Below the pieces are notes generated by a model. The model did no database searches, was not told the DNA's origin, and saw only the letters and a list, made by a program, of their open reading frames with translations. DNA of 64,000 bases from an uncultured bacterium (GTDB lineage Bacteria > Patescibacteriota > Saccharimonadia > UBA4664): positions 197,916 to 261,915 of the forward strand of contig CAVRET010000001.1 in NCBI GenBank assembly GCA_963720265.1, read 5' to 3'. The translations under genes and the position numbers were made by a program. Below are positions 7,188 through 16,867 of the stretch, one piece after another. Position 1 is the first letter of the stretch, and the number at the start of each line of letters is the position of its first letter.

Positions 7188-9620
7188 ATGGCAGTAGCGC
7201 TTGAATATAACGGTCTTTCGAGTCGGGAAGCCCATCGGCGCCTTGAGCACGACGGGCCGAATGTAGTTGTCAGCCAAACCGAACTTACCGGCGTGCGGGC
7301 CTTCGCGCGTCAATTTGCCAACCCCCTGATTGTAATCTTACTTGTGTCGGCGGGGCTGGCGTTTGCACTTGGCGATCACGTTAGTTCGACAATTATTGTT
7401 ATCATCGTGCTGATTTCGGGTGTGCTGCAATTCGTTAATACTTACAAGTCGCAACAAGCGGCTGAGGCGCTGCGCGACCGAGTACGGATTTCGGCCTCGG
7501 TGTTGCGCGACGGCCACACGCAAGAAGTGCCGCTGGCCGACATTGTGAAGGGTGATCTCGTTCAGCTCAAGGCCGGCTCGATTATCCCGGCCGACGGCAA
7601 AGTTCTTACCGGAGAGCATCTCTATACAAATGAGTCGGCACTGACGGGCGAAAGTTTCCCCCAGGCGAAGGAGCCAGGTGGCCCGTTGTATATGGGCTCG
7701 AGTGCGGTTAGTGGCAACGCAGTTATGGAGGTGACAGCCACGGGGACGGCGACGAAATTCAGCCACATTGCGCAGACGCTGGCGGGGCGTGAGGAGCTGA
7801 CTGAGTTTGACCGTGAGATTCGCGATTTTAGTTTGCTGATTGTCAAAATCACGTTTGGACTGGTGGTGTTTATTTTTGCCGTTAATGCGATATTCAAGCA
7901 CGAAATTTTGGATGCGCTGCTGTTTAGCTTGGCGCTGGCGGTGGGGCTGACACCCGAGCTTTTGCCTATGATTATTACGCTCAATCTAACAAAAGGGTCG
8001 CTGGCCATGGCAAAGCGTAACGTGATCGTTAAAAAGCTGGCGTCAATTCAGAATTTTGGCAGTATGGATGTGCTATGCACGGACAAGACCGGCACGCTCA
8101 CCGAAGACCGGATTGTGCTTGTAAAGCATGTGGACGGCAACGGGCATGATTCTGCCAATGTTTTGCTCCTGTCGTATTTGAGCAGCCTGTATACCACAAC
8201 CTACGACAACCCCCTTGATAAAGCCATTCGTAATTATCACAGGCTTGACATCTCGGCGTACCACAAGCTTGATGAAATTCCCTTTGATTTTGAGCGCAAG
8301 CGCGATTCGATCGTGGTGAAGCATGGTGCGCGTCGGTTGCTTATTACCAAGGGTGCGCCGGAAGAGGTCATCAAGATTTGTAGACATTATGAAACCGAGC
8401 ATCATCGGTTTGACGCAGATCGCAGGAAAGCGGTGGCAGCTGAATACGAGGCGCTGAGCCAGGATGGTTTCCGCGTGCTGGCCGTGGCGGCGCGGGAGGT
8501 TGATGAACAAAAGGATTACACGCCGGCCGTTGAGACGGATATGGCGTTTGTGGGCTTTGTGGCGTTTTTGGATCCGGCTAAATCCAGCGTGTCGCAAACG
8601 CTTAAGCGCATGCGTACGTATGGCGTAGGTATCAAGATTATCACCGGCGACAACGGGCTCGTGAGCCGAAAGATTGCCCAGGACATTGGACTTGAAGTTA
8701 CTGGTTTACTTGAAGGCGCTGAAATTGAGGGGCTCAACGATCTTGAGCTGTCGGCTAAACTTGAAGAAACAACGATTTTTGCGCGCGTTAATCCAGAGCA
8801 AAAGATGCGCATCATAAAACTGCTGAAGCGGGCGGGGCATGTGGTCGGCTACATGGGCGACGGCATAAACGATGCGCCGTCGCTGTACACGGCCGACGTC
8901 GGCATTTCGGTCAACAACGCCGTGGATGTGGCTAAGGAAACGGCCGATCTTATCTTGATCCGCAAGAGTTTGGAGGATTTGATCGAGGGCGTAATCGAAG
9001 GTCGTAAGACCTATGCCAATACGCTCAAGTATCTGAAAATGGCGTTGAGTTCGAACTTTGGTAACATGTTTTCCATGGCTGGGGCCTCGATTTTCCTGCC
9101 GTTTCTGCCCATGCTGGCGCCGCAGATTCTGTTTAACAACTTGTTGTATGACGGTTCGCAGTTCGCGATTCCGCTGGACGGCGTTGATCCGGATGACATC
9201 GTGCGACCACACAAGCTAAGCATGAAATCGATCAAGAAGTTTATGTGGGTGTTTGGGCCACTCTCCAGTGTGTTTGACGTAATTACGTTCGTAGTGCTGT
9301 TGGTGGTGTTTGGATATGCGGGCAGTCGGTTTCAGACCGGCTGGTTTATTGAGTCGATTGCGACCCAGGCGTTTGTGGTGTATGTGATCCGGACCAAGCG
9401 GCTGCCGTTTGTGCAGAGCCGGCCGAGCAACTACCTATTGGCGAGTACGGTTGCAGTTGTGGTGATTGGCTGGCTGGTGGCGCTTGGTCCGATAGGGGCG
9501 GCGTTTAAGTTCACTCCCCTATCGGTACAGGCGGATTTGGCGATGCTCGGCATTGTGGCAGTTTACTTGGTGGTGACTGAGTTCGTGAAGCGAGTGTTTT
9601 TCCGCCACGTGGTACTGTAG
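7188..9620 (+). CDS. mgtA: magnesium-translocating P-type ATPase
   Basis: TGES, AVGLTPELLP, CTDKTGTLT, KGAPEE, MGDGINDAP, SSNFGNMFS and NNLLYD motifs. Confidence 0.93.
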   Translation: MAVALEYNGLSSREAHRRLEHDGPNVVVSQTELTGVRAFARQFANPLIVILLVSAGLAFALGDHVSSTIIVIIVLISGVLQFVNTYKSQQAAEALRDRVRISASVLRDGHTQEVPLADIVKGDLVQLKAGSIIPADGKVLTGEHLYTNESALTGESFPQAKEPGGPLYMGSSAVSGNAVMEVTATGTATKFSHIAQTLAGREELTEFDREIRDFSLLIVKITFGLVVFIFAVNAIFKHEILDALLFSLALAVGLTPELLPMIITLNLTKGSLAMAKRNVIVKKLASIQNFGSMDVLCTDKTGTLTEDRIVLVKHVDGNGHDSANVLLLSYLSSLYTTTYDNPLDKAIRNYHRLDISAYHKLDEIPFDFERKRDSIVVKHGARRLLITKGAPEEVIKICRHYETEHHRFDADRRKAVAAEYEALSQDGFRVLAVAAREVDEQKDYTPAVETDMAFVGFVAFLDPAKSSVSQTLKRMRTYGVGIKIITGDNGLVSRKIAQDIGLEVTGLLEGAEIEGLNDLELSAKLEETTIFARVNPEQKMRIIKLLKRAGHVVGYMGDGINDAPSLYTADVGISVNNAVDVAKETADLILIRKSLEDLIEGVIEGRKTYANTLKYLKMALSSNFGNMFSMAGASIFLPFLPMLAPQILFNNLLYDGSQFAIPLDGVDPDDIVRPHKLSMKSIKKFMWVFGPLSSVFDVITFVVLLVVFGYAGSRFQTGWFIESIATQAFVVYVIRTKRLPFVQSRPSNYLLASTVAVVVIGWLVALGPIGAAFKFTPLSVQADLAMLGIVAVYLVVTEFVKRVFFRHVVL

Positions 9621-9718
9621 CCGACCTAGGCTATCTGTTCAAACCTGTCAGCCGGCGGTATGCTTATTGGTACCCGTTCGAACGAGTCGAACTACGAGCT
9701 CGTTGAGAGAGAGGTCTA

Positions 9719-10456
9719 ATGAGTTACTATCGGTGGCTCCGCTTCTGGCGGATGCTCGTGCGACTGAGTGTGGTCGCATTGGGCTGGTGGATCTTGGCTG
9801 GGTGGTTTGCCGGCCAGCTGTATGACGCGTATCTTCGTCCCGAATGGGAACTGATGGCCGCGCATGCGCTCTTCTTCGGGACAAGCGCCGGTGCACTCGT
9901 CATATTCTTTAAGTGGGTGATCAAAGCACCTTCGCTCTGGCAACCGCCGCGCATCTGGCGGGCTAGGGGCAAGCGACGCGACACCATTCAGGAGCAGCGC
10001 GATACATGGAGCCTGCAGCTTAAATACTCGCGTCAACTGCTACAACAGGTCAGGCGCCTACGCGACGAATATGGCGAGACCGCCATTCACCTCGAGCTCG
10101 GCGACCGCGAGACAAGCAAGACGCTCGTGGCATGTCAGGCGCCTTCGAAGCTCGATGCGCTGTGGGGCTTCATAGGCTTCTGCCTCGGTAACAGTCGCGG
10201 CTCGACGGTAGCCATTATTCATTACCAGGGTACTCAGGTAATAGATCGGCGCGATCTCGATCTCGTGCTGTATCCTTACGGCCAGCCGACTGCCATGACA
10301 CCGGTTCGCGCCGACTTGCCGCCGAAGGACGGGCCGCTGACTACTGAGATTCGCGATCGCGTCTCTTTGTGGCTTGAGGGTAAGGCGGGAGCGGATGGCT
10401 CGGTCGCGTACCTTGAGGCATGGCGTCGTAGGCAGCAGAATCCAGAAAATTCATAG
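9719..10456 (+). CDS. hypothetical protein with two N-terminal TM helices
   Basis: 245-aa ORF, SD GAGAGG, downstream hairpin. Confidence 0.65.
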   Translation: MSYYRWLRFWRMLVRLSVVALGWWILAGWFAGQLYDAYLRPEWELMAAHALFFGTSAGALVIFFKWVIKAPSLWQPPRIWRARGKRRDTIQEQRDTWSLQLKYSRQLLQQVRRLRDEYGETAIHLELGDRETSKTLVACQAPSKLDALWGFIGFCLGNSRGSTVAIIHYQGTQVIDRRDLDLVLYPYGQPTAMTPVRADLPPKDGPLTTEIRDRVSLWLEGKAGADGSVAYLEAWRRRQQNPENS

Positions 10457-10472
10457 ATCGGGCCGGCCCATG

Positions 10473-10523
10473 CCCCGCTTCGTGCGCAACTATCCCGAGA
10501 GAGGAGGTGCGTGTGAAGCGGGG
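10473..10523. terminator. long GC-rich hairpin between convergent genes
   Basis: CCCCGCTTCGTGCGCA...TGCGTGTGAAGCGGGG. Confidence 0.55.
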
Positions 10524-10534
10524 TAGTTGTGTAT

Positions 10535-11272
10535 TTAGGTGAGTGCGTTTTCGAGGGCGACGAGAGATTTTTGCCAAGCATCTTTGGCGGCGGCTTGGTT
10601 GTAGGCAAAGCGGTTGGTGTCATTGAAGAAGGCGTGACCGCAATCCGGGTAGACCGTGGCTTCGAAATCAACACCGGCCCGATGCATTTTTTCTTTCAAT
10701 TCCGGCAGGCTTTGCATAAGGTTTTCGTCGCGCTCGCCGTAGAAGGCGCGGACGGGACACTTGATGTTCGCGAGCTCATCGACTGTAAAATCGGCGTGGC
10801 CGTAAAACGGCAACGCTAGCTTTAGTTTGGGCTCGTGTACGGCTAGTGCAAAACTATAAGTACCGCCAAAGCAAAATCCTACTACTGCCACCTTTTGACT
10901 AGTTTCGGGCTTGGCAAAAAGATAATCGAAGCAGTCTCGGACGCGCGCGGTGGTTTTTTGGCCAAATTCTGGATTCATGATCGGCGCCATGAGCTGTCGA
11001 AGTTTGGGCTGAACTTCGTTGCGCTTTTCCGGGTTAAACAGGTCTTCTTGCAGACCGGCGGCGGATGCGACGTCGATCGTGCCGGAAAGCAGATCTGGTG
11101 CCAGAGCCAGGTAGCCCTCGGCCGCGAAGCGGTCGGCTACGCTTTTGATGTGCGGCGCCAGCCCCCAAACTTCATGGATTACGATCAAGCCACCCTTGAT
11201 TTCGCCTTCGGGTCGGGCCTCGTAAGCCGGGACATCGCCCTCGGTTGATTTGATTGTCACGATATTTCCCAT
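10535..11272 (-). CDS. dienelactone hydrolase family protein
   Basis: IHEVWGL, GFCFGG nucleophile motif, GHAFFND; ATG 11272 lies 6 nt after TATAAT. Confidence 0.93.
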   Translation of the reverse strand: MGNIVTIKSTEGDVPAYEARPEGEIKGGLIVIHEVWGLAPHIKSVADRFAAEGYLALAPDLLSGTIDVASAAGLQEDLFNPEKRNEVQPKLRQLMAPIMNPEFGQKTTARVRDCFDYLFAKPETSQKVAVVGFCFGGTYSFALAVHEPKLKLALPFYGHADFTVDELANIKCPVRAFYGERDENLMQSLPELKEKMHRAGVDFEATVYPDCGHAFFNDTNRFAYNQAAAKDAWQKSLVALENALT

Positions 11273-11289
11273 AGCTTCATTATAGCCTG

Positions 11290-12222
11290 TTAGCTGAGAG
11301 ATTGGTGAGCGAGTGCGGCCAGCGCGTCGATGAATTTGGGATCGGTATTTGGTAGCTCGATGCGATGATACTCGATCCCAAACTGAAGGCATTGTTCGCC
11401 GGCGGCAATGTCGAGATCGTAGAGTATCTCGAGATGATCGGCCAGGAATTGAATAGGTACAATCAGCACCGCATGGTCGCCGCGGCGACGCAAGACGGCC
11501 AGGATGTCTACAAGGTCGGGCTTGAGCCAGGGCTCGGGAGTGTGGCCGGCGGACTGATAGGCACTGTAGTGCTCGGGCAGAGGGGTCGGCAGTTTGGCCA
11601 GGATGGCGTCGGTGGTGGCAGCGAGCTGCTCTAGGTAGCTTGGATCTTTGGCTACGACGCGTTCCGGGAGGCTGTGGGTGGTAAAAACTACGGCTGGTGC
11701 TTTGCCATATTTGACCGTGAACTCAGCTAGGGCGGTTTTTGTACGCGTGGTCAGTAGCTCTATAAAATCGGGTTGCGTTGGCCACGGTCCGACGAGGCGG
11801 GTTTGGTCCGGCACAAAGCCGTGCTGGCTTGCCGCGGCCAGGAAGACCTTGCGGTAGCCGTCCATTATAAATGACGAAAATTGGGGCGATAATATAATAC
11901 CGACGAGCGTTTCGGCGCCGGCTTCCCGGCACTTCCCCACTGCCTGCTCGATGAAGGGCTCGGAATGTTGCATGCCGGCCCGCCCGACGAAGTCTGCGCC
12001 CAGCTCTTTTTGCAGAAGTTTGGCCTGCTGCTCGGTAATGTCGATCAGCGGTGAGCGGCCGACGAGCCGGTAACGTTCTTCAAAGTCGGCAATGGTCTCG
12101 CTGGATGCTTTATCGCCGTAGATGTGGCGCATGTATTCCCGCACATGCTCGGCCGTGGTGGCAGAACCGTAGGTCATAATAACGACGCCGGTTTTTGGCT
12201 TAGCCGCTGACGGGTTGGGCAT
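11290..12222 (-). CDS. cpfC: coproporphyrin ferrochelatase
   Basis: MTYGS, HSEPFI, FTTHSLP, YQSAGHTPEPWLKPD and DHLEILYDLD motifs; clustered with chdC and hemE. Confidence 0.9.
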   Translation of the reverse strand: MPNPSAAKPKTGVVIMTYGSATTAEHVREYMRHIYGDKASSETIADFEERYRLVGRSPLIDITEQQAKLLQKELGADFVGRAGMQHSEPFIEQAVGKCREAGAETLVGIILSPQFSSFIMDGYRKVFLAAASQHGFVPDQTRLVGPWPTQPDFIELLTTRTKTALAEFTVKYGKAPAVVFTTHSLPERVVAKDPSYLEQLAATTDAILAKLPTPLPEHYSAYQSAGHTPEPWLKPDLVDILAVLRRRGDHAVLIVPIQFLADHLEILYDLDIAAGEQCLQFGIEYHRIELPNTDPKFIDALAALAHQSLS

Positions 12223-13234
12223 GAATAAACTCCACTAAGGCTTTTAGTTTAGCATCATCGGTGTCGGGCAAGACGCCGTGGCCAAAGTTAAAAATGTAGC
12301 CGGTACGGTCTGGCAGGGTGCTGAGGAGCGCATGAGCCTGGTTTTGGATGGTCGTGAAATCGGCTAACATAACGGCCGGATCGAGGTTGCCTTGAAGGGC
12401 CTTGGTTTGGTCAATACGCTTTCGGGCGACGGCCAGATCAATGCGCCAATCGAGACCAAGAACTTCGCAGTCGACGCTGGCAAAATCGGTGAGGAGTCCG
12501 GCCGTGTCGGTGCCGAAATGGAGCCGGGGAACGTTTGCCTCGACAAGATTTTTAAAAATGCTTCCGGTGTATGGCAACACGAACTCGCGGTAGTGGCTGG
12601 GTGCGAGGCAGCCGGCCCAAGAGTCAAATAGTTGTACGGCCTGCGCGCCGGCATCAATTTGCAGCTTAAGGTAACTTGTGACAGCTGCAGTGAGTGTCGA
12701 CATGAGATCGTGCCAGGCAGCCGGATATTCGAGCATAAAGCGCTTGGTGGTAGCCCAGGTGCGGGTGGGCCGGCCTTCGATTAAGTAACTAGCAAGTGTA
12801 AACGGTGCGCCGGAGAAGCCGATGAGCGGCACTGCAAGCCCTGGGCGGAGGAGTTTAATGGTGTCAGCCAGGAACTCCAGGCGGTCCAGTTGAAGTGGCT
12901 CGAGGCGTTTTAGATCATCCGGCCCGACGATGGGTTGGTCAATAACCGGCCCGACGTTTTCCACGATCTTAACGTCAACTCCCATGGCTATCGGCAGGAG
13001 CATGATGTCGGCAAACAAAATTGCGGCATCAACGCCCAGCCGCTCAACCGGCTCGAGGCTGACCTTAGCCGCTAGCTCGGGTGTGCGCGCGATAGTGAGC
13101 ACATCGTGTTTTTCTCGAATCTTGCGGTAGCCGGGCAGGCTGCGGCCGGCCTGGCGCATGAACCAGACCGGGATATGTTCGACCGGCTCCCGGCGGGCGG
13201 CGCGCAGGAAGGCGTCGTTAAAGACGGCCGTCAT
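12200..13234 (-). CDS. hemE: uroporphyrinogen decarboxylase
   Basis: PVWFMRQAGRSLPGY, AILFADIM, GFSGAPFTLASYLIEG, QLFDSW, LQGNLDP and FNFGHG motifs. Confidence 0.96.
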   Translation of the reverse strand: MTAVFNDAFLRAARREPVEHIPVWFMRQAGRSLPGYRKIREKHDVLTIARTPELAAKVSLEPVERLGVDAAILFADIMLLPIAMGVDVKIVENVGPVIDQPIVGPDDLKRLEPLQLDRLEFLADTIKLLRPGLAVPLIGFSGAPFTLASYLIEGRPTRTWATTKRFMLEYPAAWHDLMSTLTAAVTSYLKLQIDAGAQAVQLFDSWAGCLAPSHYREFVLPYTGSIFKNLVEANVPRLHFGTDTAGLLTDFASVDCEVLGLDWRIDLAVARKRIDQTKALQGNLDPAVMLADFTTIQNQAHALLSTLPDRTGYIFNFGHGVLPDTDDAKLKALVEFIHAQPVSG

Positions 13235-13237
13235 GCG

Positions 13238-13924
13238 CTATAGCCACTCCACAAACTGGTCGAGCGGCTTGTATAGACAGGTGTAAATCGGGGTGTCGGA
13301 AAGCGTGTAGGGCCGGCCGATGAGGCTGCGCATTTCAATGACGAGATCCTGAAACTGTTCGAGCGTTGGGGTCTCATATGAAACGAGGAATTCTTGATCG
13401 TCCAGCCCGTAGGAATAGAGCAGGCACTGGCGGATTTCGGGATGGGCCAGCCCAGTTTTAATGTGCTGACCCATAACCTGGCGGCGATTGTCGGGCGAGA
13501 GCTGATGCCACTCGTGGGTTTTGGTAAATGGGTACAAAATCAGGTACGGCAGCCGGTCAGTGTAGTTTTGCATGACCTGCTCGGGCTTGCCGGTGCGGCC
13601 GGAATATTGCGACGGCCGGACGATGCCGAAGTAGGTTTGTGCTAGTTTCAGATGCCGACCCAAGCCGGAGCTGAGGAGCTTTGGCAGCTGGTTGGTGAGA
13701 GCCTCGGGATGTTCACTGCGGCACCAAAACATAAAGGTGCTGCCGGCTTTAAAACCGAGTGTGGCATAGGTCTCAATAATAATGCTGTCCAGGTCTTCGA
13801 GCCGGTTTTTGAATTCTTGGCGCAGCTTGGCTTGTTCCGCGGCGGCTTGCTGGTAGAACTCTGAGCGCAGGTTGAAGAACAGGTAATGATGATATGGCTT
13901 GGGGTCTGTCGCCGGTGCGTCCAT
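13238..13924 (-). CDS. chdC: coproheme decarboxylase (chlorite dismutase-like fold)
   Basis: YPFTK motif, proximal His (GQHIKTG), SYGLDDQEF; Gln at the position of the catalytic Arg of true chlorite dismutases; heme gene context. Confidence 0.85.
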   Translation of the reverse strand: MDAPATDPKPYHHYLFFNLRSEFYQQAAAEQAKLRQEFKNRLEDLDSIIIETYATLGFKAGSTFMFWCRSEHPEALTNQLPKLLSSGLGRHLKLAQTYFGIVRPSQYSGRTGKPEQVMQNYTDRLPYLILYPFTKTHEWHQLSPDNRRQVMGQHIKTGLAHPEIRQCLLYSYGLDDQEFLVSYETPTLEQFQDLVIEMRSLIGRPYTLSDTPIYTCLYKPLDQFVEWL

Positions 13925-13984
13925 ACGGGCATTATACCAAGCCGCGCTTAAGATTGGCTTAGGGTTTTTCTACGATTCTCCAGT

Positions 13985-15112
13985 CTAATAGAGTGGCAGC
14001 CCTTCAAATTGCGGGTCGTCCATGCGGGCGACTGCGACTAGTTTGAGCTCGAGACGGGTATGCAGATCAACTGGAATGACGAAGAATTTAACATTACCGT
14101 CGCCGACCCGGACGCCAAACCGGCCGTATTTGAGCTCGACAGGCACGTTCATGAATTGCAAGTGGTCGCCGGCCATAAAACCGACGTATGCGCCTTGCGC
14201 CGGGGTGACCTCCAGCACGGCTATGCGCTGCCATGATTGCACCACTCGTTCGCCCTGGAGTTGGGTGGCTCCCAGCGGCATGGCACCGGCGGCAGTGTCG
14301 CCTGGAACGGTTACGACCGGCATGATGGGCCAATGTTCGTCGCTGGCTAGATTGTGGCTGGTTTTTAGGTCGTCCACAGCTGTCATTATACTCTGAATGG
14401 TTGGCTCGACGGCTTGGACAATGTGCTGAAAACCATAGGCTCTGGCGGCTGCCGTGGTGGTGGGACCGATAGTGAAAACTGGTTGATGCCGCACGGTGAT
14501 GAGTAATGCTGAGTTGATCGTGTGTATGAGGCCGGTGACGGCGGAGGGGCTGGCAAATATCAGACATTGGACTCGGCCTTCGAGGAGGTAACGTTCAAGT
14601 TTGGCGGAGCGTTCGCGGCGCGGGAGTGTGTGGTAAACGTTGATTTCGGTAACAACGGCGCCGCGGGCGCGCAGCGTGGCGGCAGGCTCATCTGCTGGGA
14701 TGTCGGTGCGAGCCACCAGAATGCGCTGGCCGGCAACGGGTATTAGTTGCTCTGCCAGCATGGCAGCAGTGGCGGGCTTGGCAACGAACGCCACGGTTAG
14801 CCCATTGCGCTTGGCGGCTACGGCGCCGGCGGGACCAACGGCGGCCACGCGCGGCGCGGCGCTCAGGTCGGCGCCAGCGGCCTGAGCTAGGGTTTTCAGT
14901 GCTGCGGCGGCTTTTCCACTCGTAACAATGAGCCAGTCGAACGGCGTTAGGTTGTGAAGGGTTGAGGTGATCTCGGGAGTTAGCTGGGTCGGCGTAGTTT
15001 TGATCATAGGGGCCGAGAGCACCGGCCAACCGTGCTGCTTTAGTGCTGCGGCCCAGCGACGATTGCCGGAGGCGTCGCGAGTGAGTACGATGACTCGGTA
15101 ACCTACGGCCAT
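13985..15112 (-). CDS. hemD: uroporphyrinogen-III synthase with an unrelated ~130-aa C-terminal extension
   Basis: VIVLTRD, DWLIVTSG, AAVGPAGA, FASPSAV and IGPTTTAAA motifs across the first ~245 aa. Confidence 0.85.
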   Translation of the reverse strand: MAVGYRVIVLTRDASGNRRWAAALKQHGWPVLSAPMIKTTPTQLTPEITSTLHNLTPFDWLIVTSGKAAAALKTLAQAAGADLSAAPRVAAVGPAGAVAAKRNGLTVAFVAKPATAAMLAEQLIPVAGQRILVARTDIPADEPAATLRARGAVVTEINVYHTLPRRERSAKLERYLLEGRVQCLIFASPSAVTGLIHTINSALLITVRHQPVFTIGPTTTAAARAYGFQHIVQAVEPTIQSIMTAVDDLKTSHNLASDEHWPIMPVVTVPGDTAAGAMPLGATQLQGERVVQSWQRIAVLEVTPAQGAYVGFMAGDHLQFMNVPVELKYGRFGVRVGDGNVKFFVIPVDLHTRLELKLVAVARMDDPQFEGLPLY

Positions 15113-15119
15113 GTGCGGC

Positions 15120-16022
15120 TTATGTGGGCATCTTGCCGGCGTTGAGCTGGCGGGCTAGAGTTTCAGCTAATTTGATGCCATCCTCAGCCGGGCCGCTGAC
15201 AGAAGCTAGTTCGGCGGACCGGCCGTCACGTTCACCGATTACGGCGTATAGATTAACCTCGGTTTCTTTGAGTTCGGCATAGCAACCGACCGGTAGCTTG
15301 CAGCCTCCCCCAACCACTTTGGCAAAGGCTTGCTCAGCCTGAACGGCAGCCAATGTGGGAGCGTGCCGGAGCTGTTTTATCATGGCCATCAGTTCTTTGT
15401 TCGTGGACTTGAGCTCGGCCGATAGCACGCCTTGTCCCGCGGCTGGCACAAACCAGGAGGGGTCGAGGTATTCGGTAATCACATCGGTTCGGCCGAGGCG
15501 GTCGAGCCCGGCGGCAGCGAGAATAATGGCATCGAAGTCACCGGCTTGCAATTTGCGTAAGCGCGTTTCAACGTTGCCGCGCGCGCTCTCGACCTTAAGG
15601 TCCGGCCGCCGGTGTAGCACCAGGGCCTGGCGGCGCAGGCTATCGGTGCCGACGACCGAATGCGGCGGCAGAGTGGCCAGCGTTTGCCCTGGGGTGCTTA
15701 CAAGCACATCGCGCGGGTCGGCCCGTTCGAGCACTGGCACATGCATCAGCCCTGACGGCACTTCCGGCGGCACATCTTTGAGACTGTGGACGGCCAGATC
15801 AATACTGCCTGCGGCCAGTGCTTCTTCAATTTCGGCTGTAAACCAGGCCTTGCCCACGGTATCGAGTGGGATTGGCGCGGAATTTTTGTCTCCGGTTGTA
15901 ACAATGGTTTTGAGTTTGACTATGATCGTTGGATCCAACTGCCGTAGTGCCGCGGCTACGAGTTCGGCTTGAATAACGGCGAGCCGACTGCCGCGCGTGC
16001 CAATGACGATACGTTTTGCCAT
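15120..16022 (-). CDS. hemC: hydroxymethylbilane synthase (porphobilinogen deaminase)
   Basis: IGTRGSRLA, TTGD, AVHSLKDVP, RGNVETRLRKL, LAAAGLDRL and GGCKLPVG motifs. Confidence 0.96.
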   Translation of the reverse strand: MAKRIVIGTRGSRLAVIQAELVAAALRQLDPTIIVKLKTIVTTGDKNSAPIPLDTVGKAWFTAEIEEALAAGSIDLAVHSLKDVPPEVPSGLMHVPVLERADPRDVLVSTPGQTLATLPPHSVVGTDSLRRQALVLHRRPDLKVESARGNVETRLRKLQAGDFDAIILAAAGLDRLGRTDVITEYLDPSWFVPAAGQGVLSAELKSTNKELMAMIKQLRHAPTLAAVQAEQAFAKVVGGGCKLPVGCYAELKETEVNLYAVIGERDGRSAELASVSGPAEDGIKLAETLARQLNAGKMPT

Positions 16023-16061
16023 GGCGCAATCGTATCACGATTATCTGGCGGTCTTATAACG

Positions 16062-16103
16062 CGCAGAGCGCCCGTCAACCACACGTTGAGCGGGTGCTCT
16101 GCG
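16062..16103. terminator. GC-rich hairpin downstream of 16135..16527
   Basis: CGCAGAGCGCCCGTCAAC-cacac-GTTGAGCGGGTGCTCTGCG. Confidence 0.6.
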
Positions 16104-16134
16104 TAGACGACGGGCGCTGAACATCGGCCGACTG

Positions 16135-16527
16135 CTACCGCAGAAAAGCACGCATCCGGGCGAGGTCATATTCGTTCAAGAATATTTTGTAGCCTTCGCC
16201 TTGCAGATCGTGGTTTCTGGCGTCGTGGTGAGCTGCAATTGACGCCATGGCCGCACCGATGGCGATTGCACCCTCGGTGTCGCCTACACGGAATTTCTCC
16301 GCCAGAGCAGCGGTATGCTTTTCGATCTCCCGTAGGTCGAGCGTTGCGGCATGTGCCACTATTTCATCCACGATGGCGCCTGCCGCGGCAAAGTCTTTTA
16401 GCGTTATCGCGCGGTCAAACTCCCCGACCATTTCTTGGATGTCACTCAAGACACTTCTCCGTTCGACTGGCCTGTATTTGGGCGCGAATTGTGGGGGCGT
16501 CGTGGCAGACTTGTGCGATCGAGCCAC
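16135..16527 (-). CDS. hypothetical helical protein
   Basis: 130-aa ORF; GTG 6 nt after TACCAT; downstream hairpin. Confidence 0.6.
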   Translation of the reverse strand: MARSHKSATTPPQFAPKYRPVERRSVLSDIQEMVGEFDRAITLKDFAAAGAIVDEIVAHAATLDLREIEKHTAALAEKFRVGDTEGAIAIGAAMASIAAHHDARNHDLQGEGYKIFLNEYDLARMRAFLR

Positions 16528-16579
16528 TTGAGGATGGTATACTGATTAGTTCGGACTGAAAAGCATAAGCGAGACCGGC

Positions 16580-16867
16580 TTGACCCAACCACACCCAACA
16601 AGTATGATAAGTATGAAATTTATGAAATCTCTGCACTCAATTTTGGGTTTTGTGACCGTGAATGAAAAGGGGCAGGTCGTGATCCCGGCCAGTGCTCGCA
16701 CCATGATTGGCCTGGCGCCTGGCGACAAATTGCTCGTTATGCTGCACCCTTCGCACGAGGGCTTGGTACTCGTTAAGCCCGATGGTCTCGAATCGTTTGC
16801 ACGGCAGATGCTGGAGCAGCTCAACGATGCCCGTGGTGGCATGCTTGGAGAGGCCGGCGAATCGTGA
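16580..16867 (+). CDS. AbrB/MazE/SpoVT-family DNA-binding protein (true start may be 16613)
   Basis: VTVNEKGQVVIPASARTMIGLAPGDKL. Confidence 0.88.
   Translation: MTQPHPTSMISMKFMKSLHSILGFVTVNEKGQVVIPASARTMIGLAPGDKLLVMLHPSHEGLVLVKPDGLESFARQMLEQLNDARGGMLGEAGES

Noticed and set aside
13238-13924. True chlorite dismutase
   Set aside because: The catalytic Arg position is Gln, the YPFxK motif is present and the context is heme synthesis.
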